Below the pieces are notes generated by a model that was not told where the DNA came from, made no database searches, and saw nothing but the letters and a program-made list of their open reading frames with translations. Position numbers and translations under genes: made by a program. A stretch of DNA of 63,993 bases, filler included, from Stramenopiles sp. TOSAG23-2 (Eukaryota), in the NCBI GenBank assembly GCA_900128395.1. It is 7 parts of 7 records of this genome, joined end to end, with 100 filler letters (N's around TTAATTAATTAA, not from the genome) between each part and the next. Parts side by side here need not be neighbours in the genome. Positions count along the whole stretch, not along the records: positions 9,335 to 18,540 come from LT650116.1; positions 18,641 to 27,844 come from LT650117.1; 5 more parts are not named here. One strand, given 5' to 3'. Below are positions 12,736 to 24,600 of the stretch, one piece after another; within the stretch, counting starts at the first letter, position 1; each line of letters opens with the position of its first letter.

Positions 12736-15201
12736 ATGTCGTCGGCATCATCCACAATAACAACCGACAATAATAATAATAACAATAACAACAATGATAT
12801 GATCGATTTAACAACAACGACTACTACCACCACCACCACCACCTCTTCGTCATCATCCTCATCCTTCTCGTCAACACCATCCTACGATAACAACAACAAT
12901 CAACCACCAGACCATTTTATATGTTGCATATCTGGTGAAATATTTAAAGATCCAGTCTTTGCTGCTGATGGACAAACATACGAACGTGAACATATATCCA
13001 AATGGATCAAAACGAAAGGCCATAACGCAACTTCGCCGTTGACTAGTGTGTTGCTTCCTAATAGGAAATTAGTACCAAATCATGCTATGAAGTCACAAAT
13101 TGCAGAATGGCATCAAAATAATAAAAATGGTATTAATTTTGAAAAAAAATTAAAAATAGTTGCTGGAGAATTAGTTTGTGCAACAACGACAAATGAAGTC
13201 TTGCAAACGATTGTCAAAATTTCCAATTTAATCAAATCTAGTCCTAAATTAATAGTGACAAATGATATGGTGGAAAAATGGAAAAAAATATTAAATCTTT
13301 CATCCCTTTTAACACCAACGATTATTACCCATTTTAATAATCTTCAAGAAGAACTATCTTTTTTAACATCGAAGAAACAAAATGATTTAAATAAATTAAT
13401 TGAAATCAAACAATGCCAATTATTGCTGTTAAATAAAGAAGAAGAAAATAATGAAAAATTAAAAGCTGAATATGAATCGATTGAACAGAAATATACGAAA
13501 ATGAAAGAAGAATATCAAGAAATTGAATCGAATTATCTTCTTATAAAGAAGTCCTTTGAAAATAATAAAACAAAAATAGATTTATTAAAAAAAATGAATC
13601 AAGTTATCGAATCAAAAATGAAATATATTGGTGTTTTGAATAGTAATCAAAATGCCATGCAAGGTGTTGTATTGAATTTGGATAATGGTGGTCAATTGGG
13701 CGATGATATTGATAATAATAATAATAATAAGAAGAAGAATGGTAATAGTAAGAAGAAGAAAATGGAGAATGGTAAAAATGTCATAACAAAAACAACGAAT
13801 CAAGAAAAAAAAGGAATAAAACGTAAAAGTTCAACAAACACTAACAATAATAATACGTCTACTGGTAGTACAACAACAAATGCAACAAAAACAACAACAA
13901 CAACAACAACAACAATGAAAAAACGACGTAAAGTAGTACAACAACAACATATTTTAAATGAACGGGAAAAAAATAATGATAATATGATATTAACATCATC
14001 ATCCTTATCAAAATCTGTTGGAGCACGTGATTTATTTTTAAAAGGTTTGAATCATTTTAATTATGAAAAAATTTCCAACAATGATGATAATAATAACAAC
14101 AAGAAAAATACAAAACAAAATACAATCAAAATTTTCATACCTATGCAATATCAAACAATGATAGAAGCATCTGCACATAGTGGATTTCAACTTGCAATTG
14201 CATTTTGTCATGTGTATGGATTTGGTGATTTTGTAAAAGATGAAAAAAAAGCATTTAATATTATAAGTAAATATCATAAAAATAATACATTTGATAGTTT
14301 AGCACAATGCATGGTTGGTGAAATGTATAATTGTGGTTTTGGTGTGGAAGAAAATGAAAAAATGGCATTAAAATTTTTCACAGATGCTGCCATAAAAGGA
14401 GATCCATATGCACAACATAGTGTTGGTGCAATGTTAACAGCAATGGCATATGAAAAACAAAAACGAGGTTATAATAGTAATAATTCCTCCTCCAATAGTT
14501 CATCGTCCTCATCATTAGCCACGCGTAATGATGTAGAAACTCGTAAAATGTTTAAAAAAAGTTTTGAATGGTATTTAAAAGCAGCAAAACAAGGAATTGC
14601 ATGTGCTGCATGTAGTGTAGGTACATTTTACGAGACTGGTACTTTAGGAATCTCACGGAATAAAAAAAAAGCGTTTGAATGGTATACAAAAGCTGCTGAA
14701 CAAGGAAATGCAAGAGGTGAATTTCTTCTTGGTGAACTTTATTTAAATGGTTTTGGATCTGGTACAAAAAATGAAAAGAAAGGGTTGGAATGGCTTAAAA
14801 AATCATCAGAACAAGGATTTGAAGAAGCTATAAGGAGGCTTAAAAATATGGAAAATGTCAATAAGAGCCGTCATGATTATTTACGTAGTTTAGGTTTAGG
14901 TAGTAGTGATTTAGGTGATGTACATGATCAGATAATGCGTTCTGGTATGTATAGCATCCTACAGAATAATCCTAGCCTGGATCCTCCATCACCAATAGAT
15001 TTTCAACCAACCCCTACCATGGGTAGTAGTGCTAGTAGTAGTAGTAGTGATAGTAGTATTGATAGTTCTGATAGTAGCAGTAGTAGCGATAGTGATGATA
15101 TTAGCAGTAGTAGCAGTAATAGCAGTAGTAGCGATAGTGATGATAGTAGCAGTAGTAGCGACGATAGTGAGGATAGTTGGGAGGAGGAATGGATATTTTA
15201 A
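12736..15201 (+). CDS. U-box E3 ligase domain + coiled coil + Sel1-like repeats, with low-complexity N/T/S tracts
   Basis: U-box PPDHFICCISGEIFKDPVFAADGQTYEREHISKW...SPLT...PNHAMKSQI. Sel1 repeats include AFEWYTKAAEQGNARGEFLLGELYLNG. Ser/Asp tail. Confidence 0.9.
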   Translation: MSSASSTITTDNNNNNNNNNDMIDLTTTTTTTTTTTSSSSSSSFSSTPSYDNNNNQPPDHFICCISGEIFKDPVFAADGQTYEREHISKWIKTKGHNATSPLTSVLLPNRKLVPNHAMKSQIAEWHQNNKNGINFEKKLKIVAGELVCATTTNEVLQTIVKISNLIKSSPKLIVTNDMVEKWKKILNLSSLLTPTIITHFNNLQEELSFLTSKKQNDLNKLIEIKQCQLLLLNKEEENNEKLKAEYESIEQKYTKMKEEYQEIESNYLLIKKSFENNKTKIDLLKKMNQVIESKMKYIGVLNSNQNAMQGVVLNLDNGGQLGDDIDNNNNNKKKNGNSKKKKMENGKNVITKTTNQEKKGIKRKSSTNTNNNNTSTGSTTTNATKTTTTTTTTMKKRRKVVQQQHILNEREKNNDNMILTSSSLSKSVGARDLFLKGLNHFNYEKISNNDDNNNNKKNTKQNTIKIFIPMQYQTMIEASAHSGFQLAIAFCHVYGFGDFVKDEKKAFNIISKYHKNNTFDSLAQCMVGEMYNCGFGVEENEKMALKFFTDAAIKGDPYAQHSVGAMLTAMAYEKQKRGYNSNNSSSNSSSSSSLATRNDVETRKMFKKSFEWYLKAAKQGIACAACSVGTFYETGTLGISRNKKKAFEWYTKAAEQGNARGEFLLGELYLNGFGSGTKNEKKGLEWLKKSSEQGFEEAIRRLKNMENVNKSRHDYLRSLGLGSSDLGDVHDQIMRSGMYSILQNNPSLDPPSPIDFQPTPTMGSSASSSSSDSSIDSSDSSSSSDSDDISSSSSNSSSSDSDDSSSSSDDSEDSWEEEWIF

Positions 15202-15561
15202 AACCGTGTAAATATTAGATCACGCGGCGGGGATTGTAAAATTATATATATCTCAACATTACGAAGAGTGTAACACACTAAAAATCACACTTTAAGATTT
15301 TAAGCTTCGCACAAAAATATGCACACAAATAAAATATACATACGAACCGTACGAATTTTTTTTTACTTAAAATACACTCTCAATTACTTCGTAAAATAAT
15401 ACGAACGTATAAAATTACACTCTCAAGAGGAAACAAATATTTTTTGTTTTAATATTAAAAAATTAAAAAATTAAATATATCTCCCCCTCTAGTCCCCTAG
15501 AATTCCTACCTAATACCTATCATACTTCGTAGATCCTACCTAGATGGATACCTACTATAGA

Positions 15562-18540
15562 TCAACCAACAACCTTCTTTGCTTGCCCTAATTTTGTTGC
15601 TCTGCATCGTTGTGCAAATTGTAAACTACACATTGTCTCGTTTGTACACATCAATGTTGGGGATACGCATACTAACATTAAAACTTTAGAATTGCCAGAT
15701 AAACTATTACTTAATAACCATGTTAATTTTGAATTACGATACGGGACATGTTTTTTATTGTTACTATTTTTCTTCTTCTTCTGCTGTGATGTTACTCCTA
15801 ATGCACCGATCACATCACCAAGTGCTGATAAACTTTTATTAATATTTTGCGCTTCTTTTAACCTTTCACCAGATGCACCAGTTTTATCCAATCGTTCACT
15901 ACCAGCTAAATCAATTAAATGTAACTGTGATCTTCTTCTTCTTCTTCTTCTTGGATCTTTTTGAGAAACATCATCACCACCACCTTCAGTATTATTAATA
16001 TTATCATCATCATCAATTATCATTCTATGATCAATATATACTGTAACAACTAAATGACTACGACTACTATGTTCATTAAAATTATGAGAACCAGTACTTC
16101 TATTTTGTTGTCCCAATTTCATAATACGTTCAATATCTTGTACGGAGTTGACATCGATAATACTTAATCCTTCTGCAAATACTTTTCTTTTCTCCCCTTG
16201 TCGCAATTTAATTTTTGGACGTATACCATTTTCACTTTTATCACCAAGTAAATCATAACATTCTTCATTGTAAATTTCACACATACTGATTTGAAAATTA
16301 TATAATGTATTAAAACTTTCTTTTCGTAATTTTGCTTCATCAAACATAGCATTTAATGCCCTTACGTTGACACCACGATTTTTTAAAGGCCCTTGCATTG
16401 TAAATGTTTTTCCACTACCAGTTTGCCCATATGCAAATATACAAGCATTGTAACCATCCATTGCACTTAAAATAAATGGTTCAACTCTATCAAATACTGC
16501 TTGTTGGGAAGTCTCAGGATGAAACCCGGCATCAAATTCAAAATTCGTATGTATATGCCGTGTTTTAGTACCCAATATATCTGCATTGATATTAACAATT
16601 CCATCTTCTTTTTTGGAATCTGTAGTAACTACAATAGATCCATTATCGTTGTTGTTGTTATCATTATTATCCTTTTGGGGCGACAATTCGGTTTTATTTG
16701 GTGGTCTAATTCTACAATATACACGTATATTACCTTCATATTCCATAACTTTTTTATGTAATTTTCTTCTAGTTTTAATTTCATTTTGTAATAATTCCTT
16801 TAATTCATTTTGTGTTTCATTAAATTTTTCTAATTTTTTTGTATATTTATTTTCATATTCATTTATTAATTTATCAATCGTTTCCGTTTGTACTGCTTTC
16901 ATTTCAATCATAAGACTTTTACATTTTCCTAATTCATCTGTTACCGCTTTTAAATCATTTTTATATTGAAAATTCTCATTATTCTTTTCATTTATTTGTA
17001 AAAGTTGTAAATTCATTTGATTTTTCATTCTTTCCATTTCAGATGTTTTCTCTGTTAATGATTTTTGTTCTTGATTTAATTTCTCCTGCGTTTGCTGCAA
17101 AATAATGCTCATAGATTTTATTTTAGCACGTTTCTCTGAATTTACATCCATTACTTTACTTTCCGCATCTTTCCAACGTTGCTTGTACTCTTCCAATTCT
17201 TTCGCATTTGCTTGTTTTTGCAAAGTATTTGAATCAGGTATTTGCGTTTTTAAATGTTTTATTTCTACATGTTTGTTCGATATATTTGTTTTTAATTTGA
17301 TTATTTCACTTTGTGCTTCTTTCAATATAAAACGTAATTTTTCATTATCGTGTGATAATTCATTTGATAATTTTGTTAAATTTTCACTTTCTTCTTTAAT
17401 TTTTCTTGCCTCCATTTCATGTTGTTCTTTCTTCTGTTTATTTTCGTTTATTTCATTTACAATACCTTCTTTCTCTTTTTCTAACTTTTCTGTATGTTGT
17501 TTTAATTTAGAGGAGGATGCAACAGCAGCTGCAACTGCTAATTGCGCCCGTTCACGGTGTTTTTCCACAGAATTATGTTCATTTTTTAATGTTTTCAACT
17601 TCAGTTCATACAATCGCAATTCCTCTCGAAGAGATGCTAATTTTTTTGCATCATCTTTCCCTAATTTTACAATATGTTGGCGTAATAATTCATTTTCATT
17701 TTCCAATGAAGCAATAATTTTATTTTTCGCATTTATTTTCATTTCCATTTCTTCCATTGGAACTAATACATTGTTGTTGTTATTATTATCATTATCATCC
17801 TTGTCACCCCCATCCCCACTGCTACTGGTATATTTTAAAGGTGAAACTTGTAATTTTGATGTACCTTTTGATTCTTTCAATAAAATATCCTTATAATATT
17901 CATCAACTGTTTTTTCATTCAGCATTAATAATTCTTCCTCGCTTAATAAATCTTTTCGTTTTTTCTCCAACTCCAACATATATTTATACATATCTTTTAA
18001 TAACATATCTTTTGAATTTAATTTTTGATACATTTTTTCTTTTAATATAGCTGCTTTGTTTTTACTCATTAACATTAATTTATCCAATAAAGCTTGTGTT
18101 TCTCGTTCTCGTTTGGCTATAATATGGATATCGGATAATGCAATATTATAATCTTTATGTAATTGTTGATATACTTTGATTGAAACGAAGTTGTTATTAT
18201 TATTGTTGTGCTTATTATTTTTGTTATGTTTTTTATTTTTATATTTTTCATTCTTCCAATTATTATTATTATTATTATTACTAATACGGTTTGTTTTTGT
18301 AAAATTATTATTATTATTATTATTATTATGATCAAGATCTTCATCGGATGATGATGATGATGATGAATCAGAACTATTGTCATAGTCTGTACTACTATTT
18401 ATGTTGTCATCATCATCTCCAGACGATAAACCAAGTTCTTCTTTTAATTTTTTACGTTTTGCCTTTTCTTTTGCAAGTTGTTCAAGGAAATTTGGATCAT
18501 ATTCCACTTTCTTTGCTTTTTTAAATGCATTCGTTCTTTT
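15562..18540 (-). CDS. Kinesin-14 (C-terminal motor, KIFC3-like); 5' end runs off the contig
   Basis: Long coiled coil, neck RRKLHKKVMEYEGNIRVYCRIRP, P-loop FAYGQTGSGKT, NEHSSRSH, DLAGSER, HVPYRNSKLT. The frame is open to the linker. Confidence 0.95.
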   Translation of the reverse strand, partial: KRTNAFKKAKKVEYDPNFLEQLAKEKAKRKKLKEELGLSSGDDDDNINSSTDYDNSSDSSSSSSSDEDLDHNNNNNNNNFTKTNRISNNNNNNNWKNEKYKNKKHNKNNKHNNNNNNFVSIKVYQQLHKDYNIALSDIHIIAKRERETQALLDKLMLMSKNKAAILKEKMYQKLNSKDMLLKDMYKYMLELEKKRKDLLSEEELLMLNEKTVDEYYKDILLKESKGTSKLQVSPLKYTSSSGDGGDKDDNDNNNNNNVLVPMEEMEMKINAKNKIIASLENENELLRQHIVKLGKDDAKKLASLREELRLYELKLKTLKNEHNSVEKHRERAQLAVAAAVASSSKLKQHTEKLEKEKEGIVNEINENKQKKEQHEMEARKIKEESENLTKLSNELSHDNEKLRFILKEAQSEIIKLKTNISNKHVEIKHLKTQIPDSNTLQKQANAKELEEYKQRWKDAESKVMDVNSEKRAKIKSMSIILQQTQEKLNQEQKSLTEKTSEMERMKNQMNLQLLQINEKNNENFQYKNDLKAVTDELGKCKSLMIEMKAVQTETIDKLINEYENKYTKKLEKFNETQNELKELLQNEIKTRRKLHKKVMEYEGNIRVYCRIRPPNKTELSPQKDNNDNNNNDNGSIVVTTDSKKEDGIVNINADILGTKTRHIHTNFEFDAGFHPETSQQAVFDRVEPFILSAMDGYNACIFAYGQTGSGKTFTMQGPLKNRGVNVRALNAMFDEAKLRKESFNTLYNFQISMCEIYNEECYDLLGDKSENGIRPKIKLRQGEKRKVFAEGLSIIDVNSVQDIERIMKLGQQNRSTGSHNFNEHSSRSHLVVTVYIDHRMIIDDDDNINNTEGGGDDVSQKDPRRRRRRRSQLHLIDLAGSERLDKTGASGERLKEAQNINKSLSALGDVIGALGVTSQQKKKKNSNNKKHVPYRNSKLTWLLSNSLSGNSKVLMLVCVSPTLMCTNETMCSLQFAQRCRATKLGQAKKVVG

Positions 18541-18640
18541 NNNNNNNNNNNNNNNNNNNNNNNNNNNNNNNNNNNNNNNNNNNNTTAATTAATTAANNNN
18601 NNNNNNNNNNNNNNNNNNNNNNNNNNNNNNNNNNNNNNNN
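18541..18640. other. Artificial contig-joining linker
   Basis: N44-TTAATTAATTAA-N44. Confidence 0.99.
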
Positions 18641-18893
18641 CGAGGAGGGTAGTAGCGTATTTTTAAATTATCACAAAAGGTTTGTGAATTTAAAAGAAAG
18701 CACATCGCTTTTAAATATCATACACATAGATTACTTCGGAAAAATTCCTCACACAAATTATAATGATATGCATACATTTTATTTTTATTATACGATTCGT
18801 ATTTAAATTAAAAATAAATTTTTTTAATAAAATAAAACACGCGTATTTTAATGACTAGTACGACCTTTTTGCTGTACTGTACCAGAGAGTTCG

Positions 18894-19048
18894 TATTCTC
18901 AAAAGAATAACTCAGCCAAAGCCAATATTAATATACGAAGTACAAAGTATCGATCTCACAATATGTGTCAATAACTATCTCATAATTACGAATAGGAATT
19001 ACTGATTTGAGGTAAACAGATGTTATTAACCTTCTGTTGATGTAAAAA
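18894..19048 (+). repeat. Dispersed repeat family, copy 2
   Basis: Aligns with the reverse complement of 3378-3510: CTCAAAAGAATA, AGCCAATATTAA, ATCTCACAA.ATGTGTCAATAA, GAGGTAAA, CTGTTGATG. Confidence 0.7.
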
Positions 19049-19185
19049 GGGCATTAATTATGACGAGAGTTGGGAAATTAAAATATATGAGCATATCACA
19101 CGAATATTTATATATATATGCGCATTTTAATTAATACTACGAGTATATTTTAAATATACGACATCTTCATATTTAAAATATTTTT

Positions 19186-21222
19186 TTACAAATTTAATTT
19201 ATTAACTATTCCCAATATAAACTCCTCAAATTTTTTTGCGAATGCATTAGAAGAGACTTTACGTCCAGACGGCGTTGACATATTGCCTCCTTTCTTTTCA
19301 GCAATATGGTCAATTTCGGACAAACGTGCTAATGCTTCTAAAAATTCTGGATAGCATAAGGTTTTTGAATCGTCGCGCAAAGATGAATCTTTAGACCGTT
19401 GAAATTCATCTAATGTTGTATTTTGTGAATAAATAAAAACTCTAAATGCATCTTTCTTTAAACGTCTACGATCATCAAAAACACCGCCAGCATGTAATAA
19501 TTCAACAAATTGTATTTTTGTTAGACAATTCGGATCATCCGCGAATGCAATTCCTCCAGTTTTGATTGTATGCTTTCTTGTATATTTATCTTTTCTACTT
19601 TGAAATTTTGCATATGTTTTGAATGCTAATCTTATACTGCGTTCATTTTCAGCTATTATTTTATTTGTACTAGGATGATATAATTTCAAGCGGCGGAATG
19701 TATTTGCATCCATTGATTTATAATGTTGTTTTATATTTGCTTCGATCAATGTATCTACCGCGCTAGATACCGCGCGTGCTTCTCCTGCATCATTCAGTCC
19801 ATATTTTGCAACTGCAATGCGAATAATAGCTTCTAAAAATTCAAATCGACTTAAGTAACGAATATGGTGGCTTTTTACCATATCATTATTTTCATGGCAA
19901 TTTACAAGAATCCAAATACTATCCAAATCAGTAAATGTAAATCCACCATGTTCCTCCTCGGCTGGATCAACAATTTTGCAATGCTTTGCAAATGTAGTGA
20001 AATCCATCCATGACATTTCGAACGAATCACTAGCAGATTCTGCAACGTGATATCTGAAAGCCTCGCGGACGTAACGGTAGCTATCAGCAATAGTATGTTT
20101 AATTTTCTCATAATCACTTGGATTATCTTCAACCATCCTACGAACTCGTGGGCAATAATGAAAATCAGCTTCACAGACTCTTTCATAAAATTCATCTGTA
20201 TCAAAAAAACCTTTGGAATCGGCTACATTCGCTCTTTCAGAAAATACGGAAGTAGGAAGATCAAGCTTTTCCTCTGCTATATTCTCTTTCTTCTTTAGTA
20301 TTTTTACTTGTTGTTGTAATTCTTCTTCCTTTTTTTTCTCCTCCTCTTCTATCAATTTATCTCTATTATTATCTTGTATGACTATCTCTGGAAATGGCGA
20401 TTTTGATAATGTTTTACTTCGTTTCATTTTTACAAATGCTTGATATTTTTTTACTTTCTCTTTATTCTTCTCAGATTTATGATTACTGCTTACAAACAAC
20501 GGTACTTGAATTTTACTATTTTCATTCCCAGCAAATAATCCCATTGGCACCCCTTTACGAAAATGCACATATACATCATCACCATCTTTTAAATGTTTAT
20601 TCAATAGCGATGCATCAACAATAATTTCTGTAGATTCTTTTTTAAATCCATCACGTTCACCAATTTTTTCTAGATATATTTTTTTTGGCAAAAATTGTGC
20701 GCGAGACCCAGCTCCGTACTCCCTTTGCCTTAAACGGCCATGAGGGCGATAACCGGCGCGAAATCGCTTAGTAGCAAGCATGCCTAACCATCTGAAATCT
20801 TGCTTGCCTTCTCCTATATTTTGTACAAAGGTTAATTGTGGTGGCCTACTCCATTTTGTGATGTATTTACTGCTTGATGGTGGAAAGTTAGTGTCATATA
20901 AATGTATATTTAGGCGAATGCCTTGTCTTTCCCTCTCTCCAGGACTAGGCACTCTGTCATCGTCATCTCTAGCTTCATTATCCATCATTTGTTGCCACAC
21001 ATCTGTTACTCTGTACTTTACTTTTATTTTCTTCACTTTGCCACCCGTATCTACATCCTTACTAACGTGGCTTTTTAAATCTGCCCACCGTGCCTTTGCA
21101 GCTAATCCAATTGGGACATTTTTTGTATTTAATAGTCCTGGAGTTACTTTTTCAGGTTCAACAATTTGTTTTGGAGGTGGTGCTGGTTTGACCTTCTTCT
21201 TCTTTTTCTTTTTACGAAACAT
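19186..21222 (-). CDS. Uncharacterised protein with a degenerate EF-hand-like helical C-terminal region
   Basis: 678-aa ATG ORF with repeated EF-hand-like exit helices: MSWMDFTTFAK, LSRFEFLEAIIRIA, LTKIQFVELL, LCYPEFLEALARL. Confidence 0.75.
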   Translation of the reverse strand: MFRKKKKKKKVKPAPPPKQIVEPEKVTPGLLNTKNVPIGLAAKARWADLKSHVSKDVDTGGKVKKIKVKYRVTDVWQQMMDNEARDDDDRVPSPGERERQGIRLNIHLYDTNFPPSSSKYITKWSRPPQLTFVQNIGEGKQDFRWLGMLATKRFRAGYRPHGRLRQREYGAGSRAQFLPKKIYLEKIGERDGFKKESTEIIVDASLLNKHLKDGDDVYVHFRKGVPMGLFAGNENSKIQVPLFVSSNHKSEKNKEKVKKYQAFVKMKRSKTLSKSPFPEIVIQDNNRDKLIEEEEKKKEEELQQQVKILKKKENIAEEKLDLPTSVFSERANVADSKGFFDTDEFYERVCEADFHYCPRVRRMVEDNPSDYEKIKHTIADSYRYVREAFRYHVAESASDSFEMSWMDFTTFAKHCKIVDPAEEEHGGFTFTDLDSIWILVNCHENNDMVKSHHIRYLSRFEFLEAIIRIAVAKYGLNDAGEARAVSSAVDTLIEANIKQHYKSMDANTFRRLKLYHPSTNKIIAENERSIRLAFKTYAKFQSRKDKYTRKHTIKTGGIAFADDPNCLTKIQFVELLHAGGVFDDRRRLKKDAFRVFIYSQNTTLDEFQRSKDSSLRDDSKTLCYPEFLEALARLSEIDHIAEKKGGNMSTPSGRKVSSNAFAKKFEEFILGIVNKLNL

Positions 21223-21768
21223 ATGTTATGTGGTGGATATAATAATGATTTACATGAAAACGGTTGTAATATGGTTTTTGTATATTTGTTTTTGTAAGTG
21301 ATTATATTCTTTACAATATATATATTATTATTATTAATCTTTTTTTTTAGTATTTATTAGTATCATATATTATAGTACTGCAACTACTATGTAATGTTGG
21401 TATATTTTATTATAGTAATGTAAGTGGCGTAACAGTATAATTTCAATAAATACTATTAAATACTCTAACTCAGGAAGAAAAGAAACAAGAAACACAGGAG
21501 GAGGAGGAGAAAAAAGAAAAAAAAAGGCTGTGTGCCTGTAATTAATAAATATTTATAATTAATAAATATAGGTAGAGTGTTAAGGTGAAATTATTGATAG
21601 GAATTATTTAATAATATTGGTAGTGTAATAGTACAGGTTTTAGGATATAAGAACTAATAATAAGAAAACTCCATTATTGAAATTATTTTAGCAGAGAGAA
21701 TTTCTCTCTGATTTTAGGTGCTTAGAAAACTTATTAGCACATTATGGACTCTGTCCCCTATTAGACGA

Positions 21769-23121
21769 CTAAACACCGCATTTTATAAGGACATTATCAC
21801 GAATGTCACTTGGTACTTTTTTCTCAATATCTTTTAATCGAACAAGTGAACAATTTTTACAAGAAAGATAATGCATTTTATTGCATTTCAATAAAATCTT
21901 TATCACATCATTTGAGTGGAGTCGTCGACAATGATTACAAATTAATTCTTGTAAACTTTTAATTTCACAGAGAAACTCAAAATCTTTTCCATGTATTGAG
22001 TTACACCAACTTATATTTAAATGATAAAGTGTATGTGAAAATACAGAACTGATCAAACGTAAAGATTTTCCACTTATACTAGATTGAGCTAATAAAAGTT
22101 TACGAAGATTCATATTACTTATCATTGTTTTGTCATCATCCATTGTCATGCCTAATAAAAAGGCATGGTCATCCATTTTGGGACAACCTAAACCTACTTC
22201 ATTTATGGATGTATTGTACTTCGAAAAAAATTCATACATATCAGCACTTTTTATAATATTACAATTGCTTACATTGATTGCCTTTAAATTCATCATCATA
22301 TATTCATGGCAATCAATTAACATTTTAAAAATGCTGTTGGTGATATTTTTACATAAAATCTCTAACCGTTCTAACTTCATCAGTATTATTGCCTTATTGC
22401 TAATACTTCCATCCTTGTTTTTTTTAAACGAATCATTTTTTTGTTGAATTAATTTCAATATATATGATAATGCCAAATCAGTAATTGGAAGATTTTGTAA
22501 TTTTAAATGTCGCAAATTAAATAATATTGGTTCCAATTGATTTATAGATGAATTACCAAAATCTAATATATTCGATATACATAAGACCTTTAGGTGTGGT
22601 GTATGTGATAATAAAGCACCAATATATGTCACTTTTGAATCATGTATAACCAGTTTTTCTAAGGCTAATTCACCAGCAAAGCAACAATTCCATAAATTTA
22701 TTTCGCTTTCTATTGAATAAAGTTCTAAACATTTTAATTTGGATAATGAATAATCAGAATCTTCCAAGCTAGCTAAATGACTTGATTGGAGTTTAACTTT
22801 ATGCAGTTGCAAAGTTTGCAATGAACGTAATTTCTGAAGAAATTGAAAAAAATTATCTATTCGCATTCCACTATTCATATTTGAAACATTCACTTGAAAC
22901 GTCTCCGTCAAAAATTGATCATAGTAATACTTAGATATCAAGGCAATACTGTTGAATATTTCACATATATCACCTACAAAGGCACATATCTTGTAAAGAC
23001 ATGCATATGGAACTGCGTGAAACGATGGTAATACAGCAATTTCATCTCCTACATCTTCTTCATCAACAACAACTTTACCAGCATTATTTTTAATTTGATG
23101 CAGCAAAATAAGTGATGCCAT
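21769..23121 (-). CDS. Leucine-rich repeat protein (F-box/LRR, FBXL-like)
   Basis: LxxLxL repeats with Cys-containing subtype (LYHLNISWCNSI, LQELICNHCRRL) and an F-box-like segment VPYACLYKICAFV. First ATG at 23121; an upstream exon is possible. Confidence 0.75.
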   Translation of the reverse strand: MASLILLHQIKNNAGKVVVDEEDVGDEIAVLPSFHAVPYACLYKICAFVGDICEIFNSIALISKYYYDQFLTETFQVNVSNMNSGMRIDNFFQFLQKLRSLQTLQLHKVKLQSSHLASLEDSDYSLSKLKCLELYSIESEINLWNCCFAGELALEKLVIHDSKVTYIGALLSHTPHLKVLCISNILDFGNSSINQLEPILFNLRHLKLQNLPITDLALSYILKLIQQKNDSFKKNKDGSISNKAIILMKLERLEILCKNITNSIFKMLIDCHEYMMMNLKAINVSNCNIIKSADMYEFFSKYNTSINEVGLGCPKMDDHAFLLGMTMDDDKTMISNMNLRKLLLAQSSISGKSLRLISSVFSHTLYHLNISWCNSIHGKDFEFLCEIKSLQELICNHCRRLHSNDVIKILLKCNKMHYLSCKNCSLVRLKDIEKKVPSDIRDNVLIKCGV

Positions 23122-23678
23122 GTGAGTGTAACGCCGACTGTATTGCACTTGATAAATAAGATACTTTTATATATAAATTAATACGTATGTCTTACGTAAG
23201 TATGATACGTAGTTTAAGATAGATTGGCGACACTATTTTTGTCTCCAATATGTAGATGATATAATATATGATATACAATACAAAATGAATACGTTCGTAA
23301 ATTTCTTGTTGATTATGGGTATATTATTGAGATGTGTCTATATATATCGATGTGTATTATTATCCTAGATGACATGTGCTCTTCCATCACAAAAACAAGT
23401 GTAAGTATATATATTATATATATATATATACAGGTGTATTGTAATATTTAGAAGATGATAGTATAGTTTAATATGACATTACATATTATTTTTATTATGA
23501 TATAATAATAATATATAGCTCTCACACACACATACACAGGTATAGTTTTAGTAAAAATAAAAAGATAATATATACATATCATGAAAATATTCTCATTTCT
23601 CTCTCTCTCTCTTTCTTCGTCTTTTTTACTTCTCTTATATATCTACTACATATACATATATCTATATACATACATTTT

Positions 23679-24140
23679 TTACGCATTTTGTTTATCTTTA
23701 ATGTCATGTATTGCAGCTTTTATTGCATCTTCTGCAAGCATACTACAATGAAGTTTGACAGGTGGTAATTTCAGATGGGCAGCAATATCCTTATTTGTTA
23801 CAGCTAAACATTCATCCATAGTTTTACCTTTGACCCATTCAGTTGCTACGGATGATGACGCAATAGCTGAACCACATCCAAATGTTTTAAATTTACTTTT
23901 CACGACACGACCTTCATCATCTACTTCAATTTGTAGTTTCATAACATCACCACATGCAGGTGCACCAACTAATCCCGTGCCAACATTTTTATTATTTTTA
24001 TCCAAACTTCCAACATTTCTAGGATTTTCGTAATGGTCGACTACCGCTTCATGATACCTAGCCGTTGCTAAACGTATGGTAGGCTTCAAAGCGATAGTAT
24101 TTCTTGGTTTTAAAACAGTTTTCGTAATGGACAATAGCAT
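23679..24140 (-). CDS. ISCU: Mitochondrial iron-sulfur cluster scaffold
   Basis: Basic presequence, then YHEAVVDHYENPRNVG, GAPACGDVMKLQI, FGCGSAIASSS and LPPVKLHCSMLAEDA. Confidence 0.98.
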   Translation of the reverse strand: MLLSITKTVLKPRNTIALKPTIRLATARYHEAVVDHYENPRNVGSLDKNNKNVGTGLVGAPACGDVMKLQIEVDDEGRVVKSKFKTFGCGSAIASSSVATEWVKGKTMDECLAVTNKDIAAHLKLPPVKLHCSMLAEDAIKAAIHDIKDKQNA

Positions 24141-24600
24141 TATTGTTGCTCGTGTGTATTTGTATGTATATATATATATATCTTACTATATAGTTCTGAG
24201 GTTACAATATGAAGTCACTATTCTACATGTATCGTTATATCTATTATTATATTTATATTATAAATAGTAGAATATTAAAATAATGAACTAAGATCATCAA
24301 TAATATTCTTCCATCTCGTCGTCTCCTCTCTCATGTCAAAGGCATATTGGTACTGTATTAATTACTGTACAATGCTATGTAGTGTATATTGTACAGTATC
24401 TTCCGGGACGGGAGTGCTGGAGTGTGGAGCCAGGAGTGCCTGGAGTGCTCACACGTGCTTATGCTCACCATTTAGAATTGGTTCATCTACGTAATGAATT
24501 ATAATGATGCCAGAACACCTAACAGAATTCCTATAATATGGGCTTAGGCTGTAGCAGGCGAAGATGAGAGGATCGAGTACAGTATTATAACAGCTTACTA

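Noticed and set aside
12760-18360. Poly-Asn/Thr/Ser coding tracts as a special system
   Set aside because: These are ordinary trinucleotide slippage products in AT-rich protist genomes.
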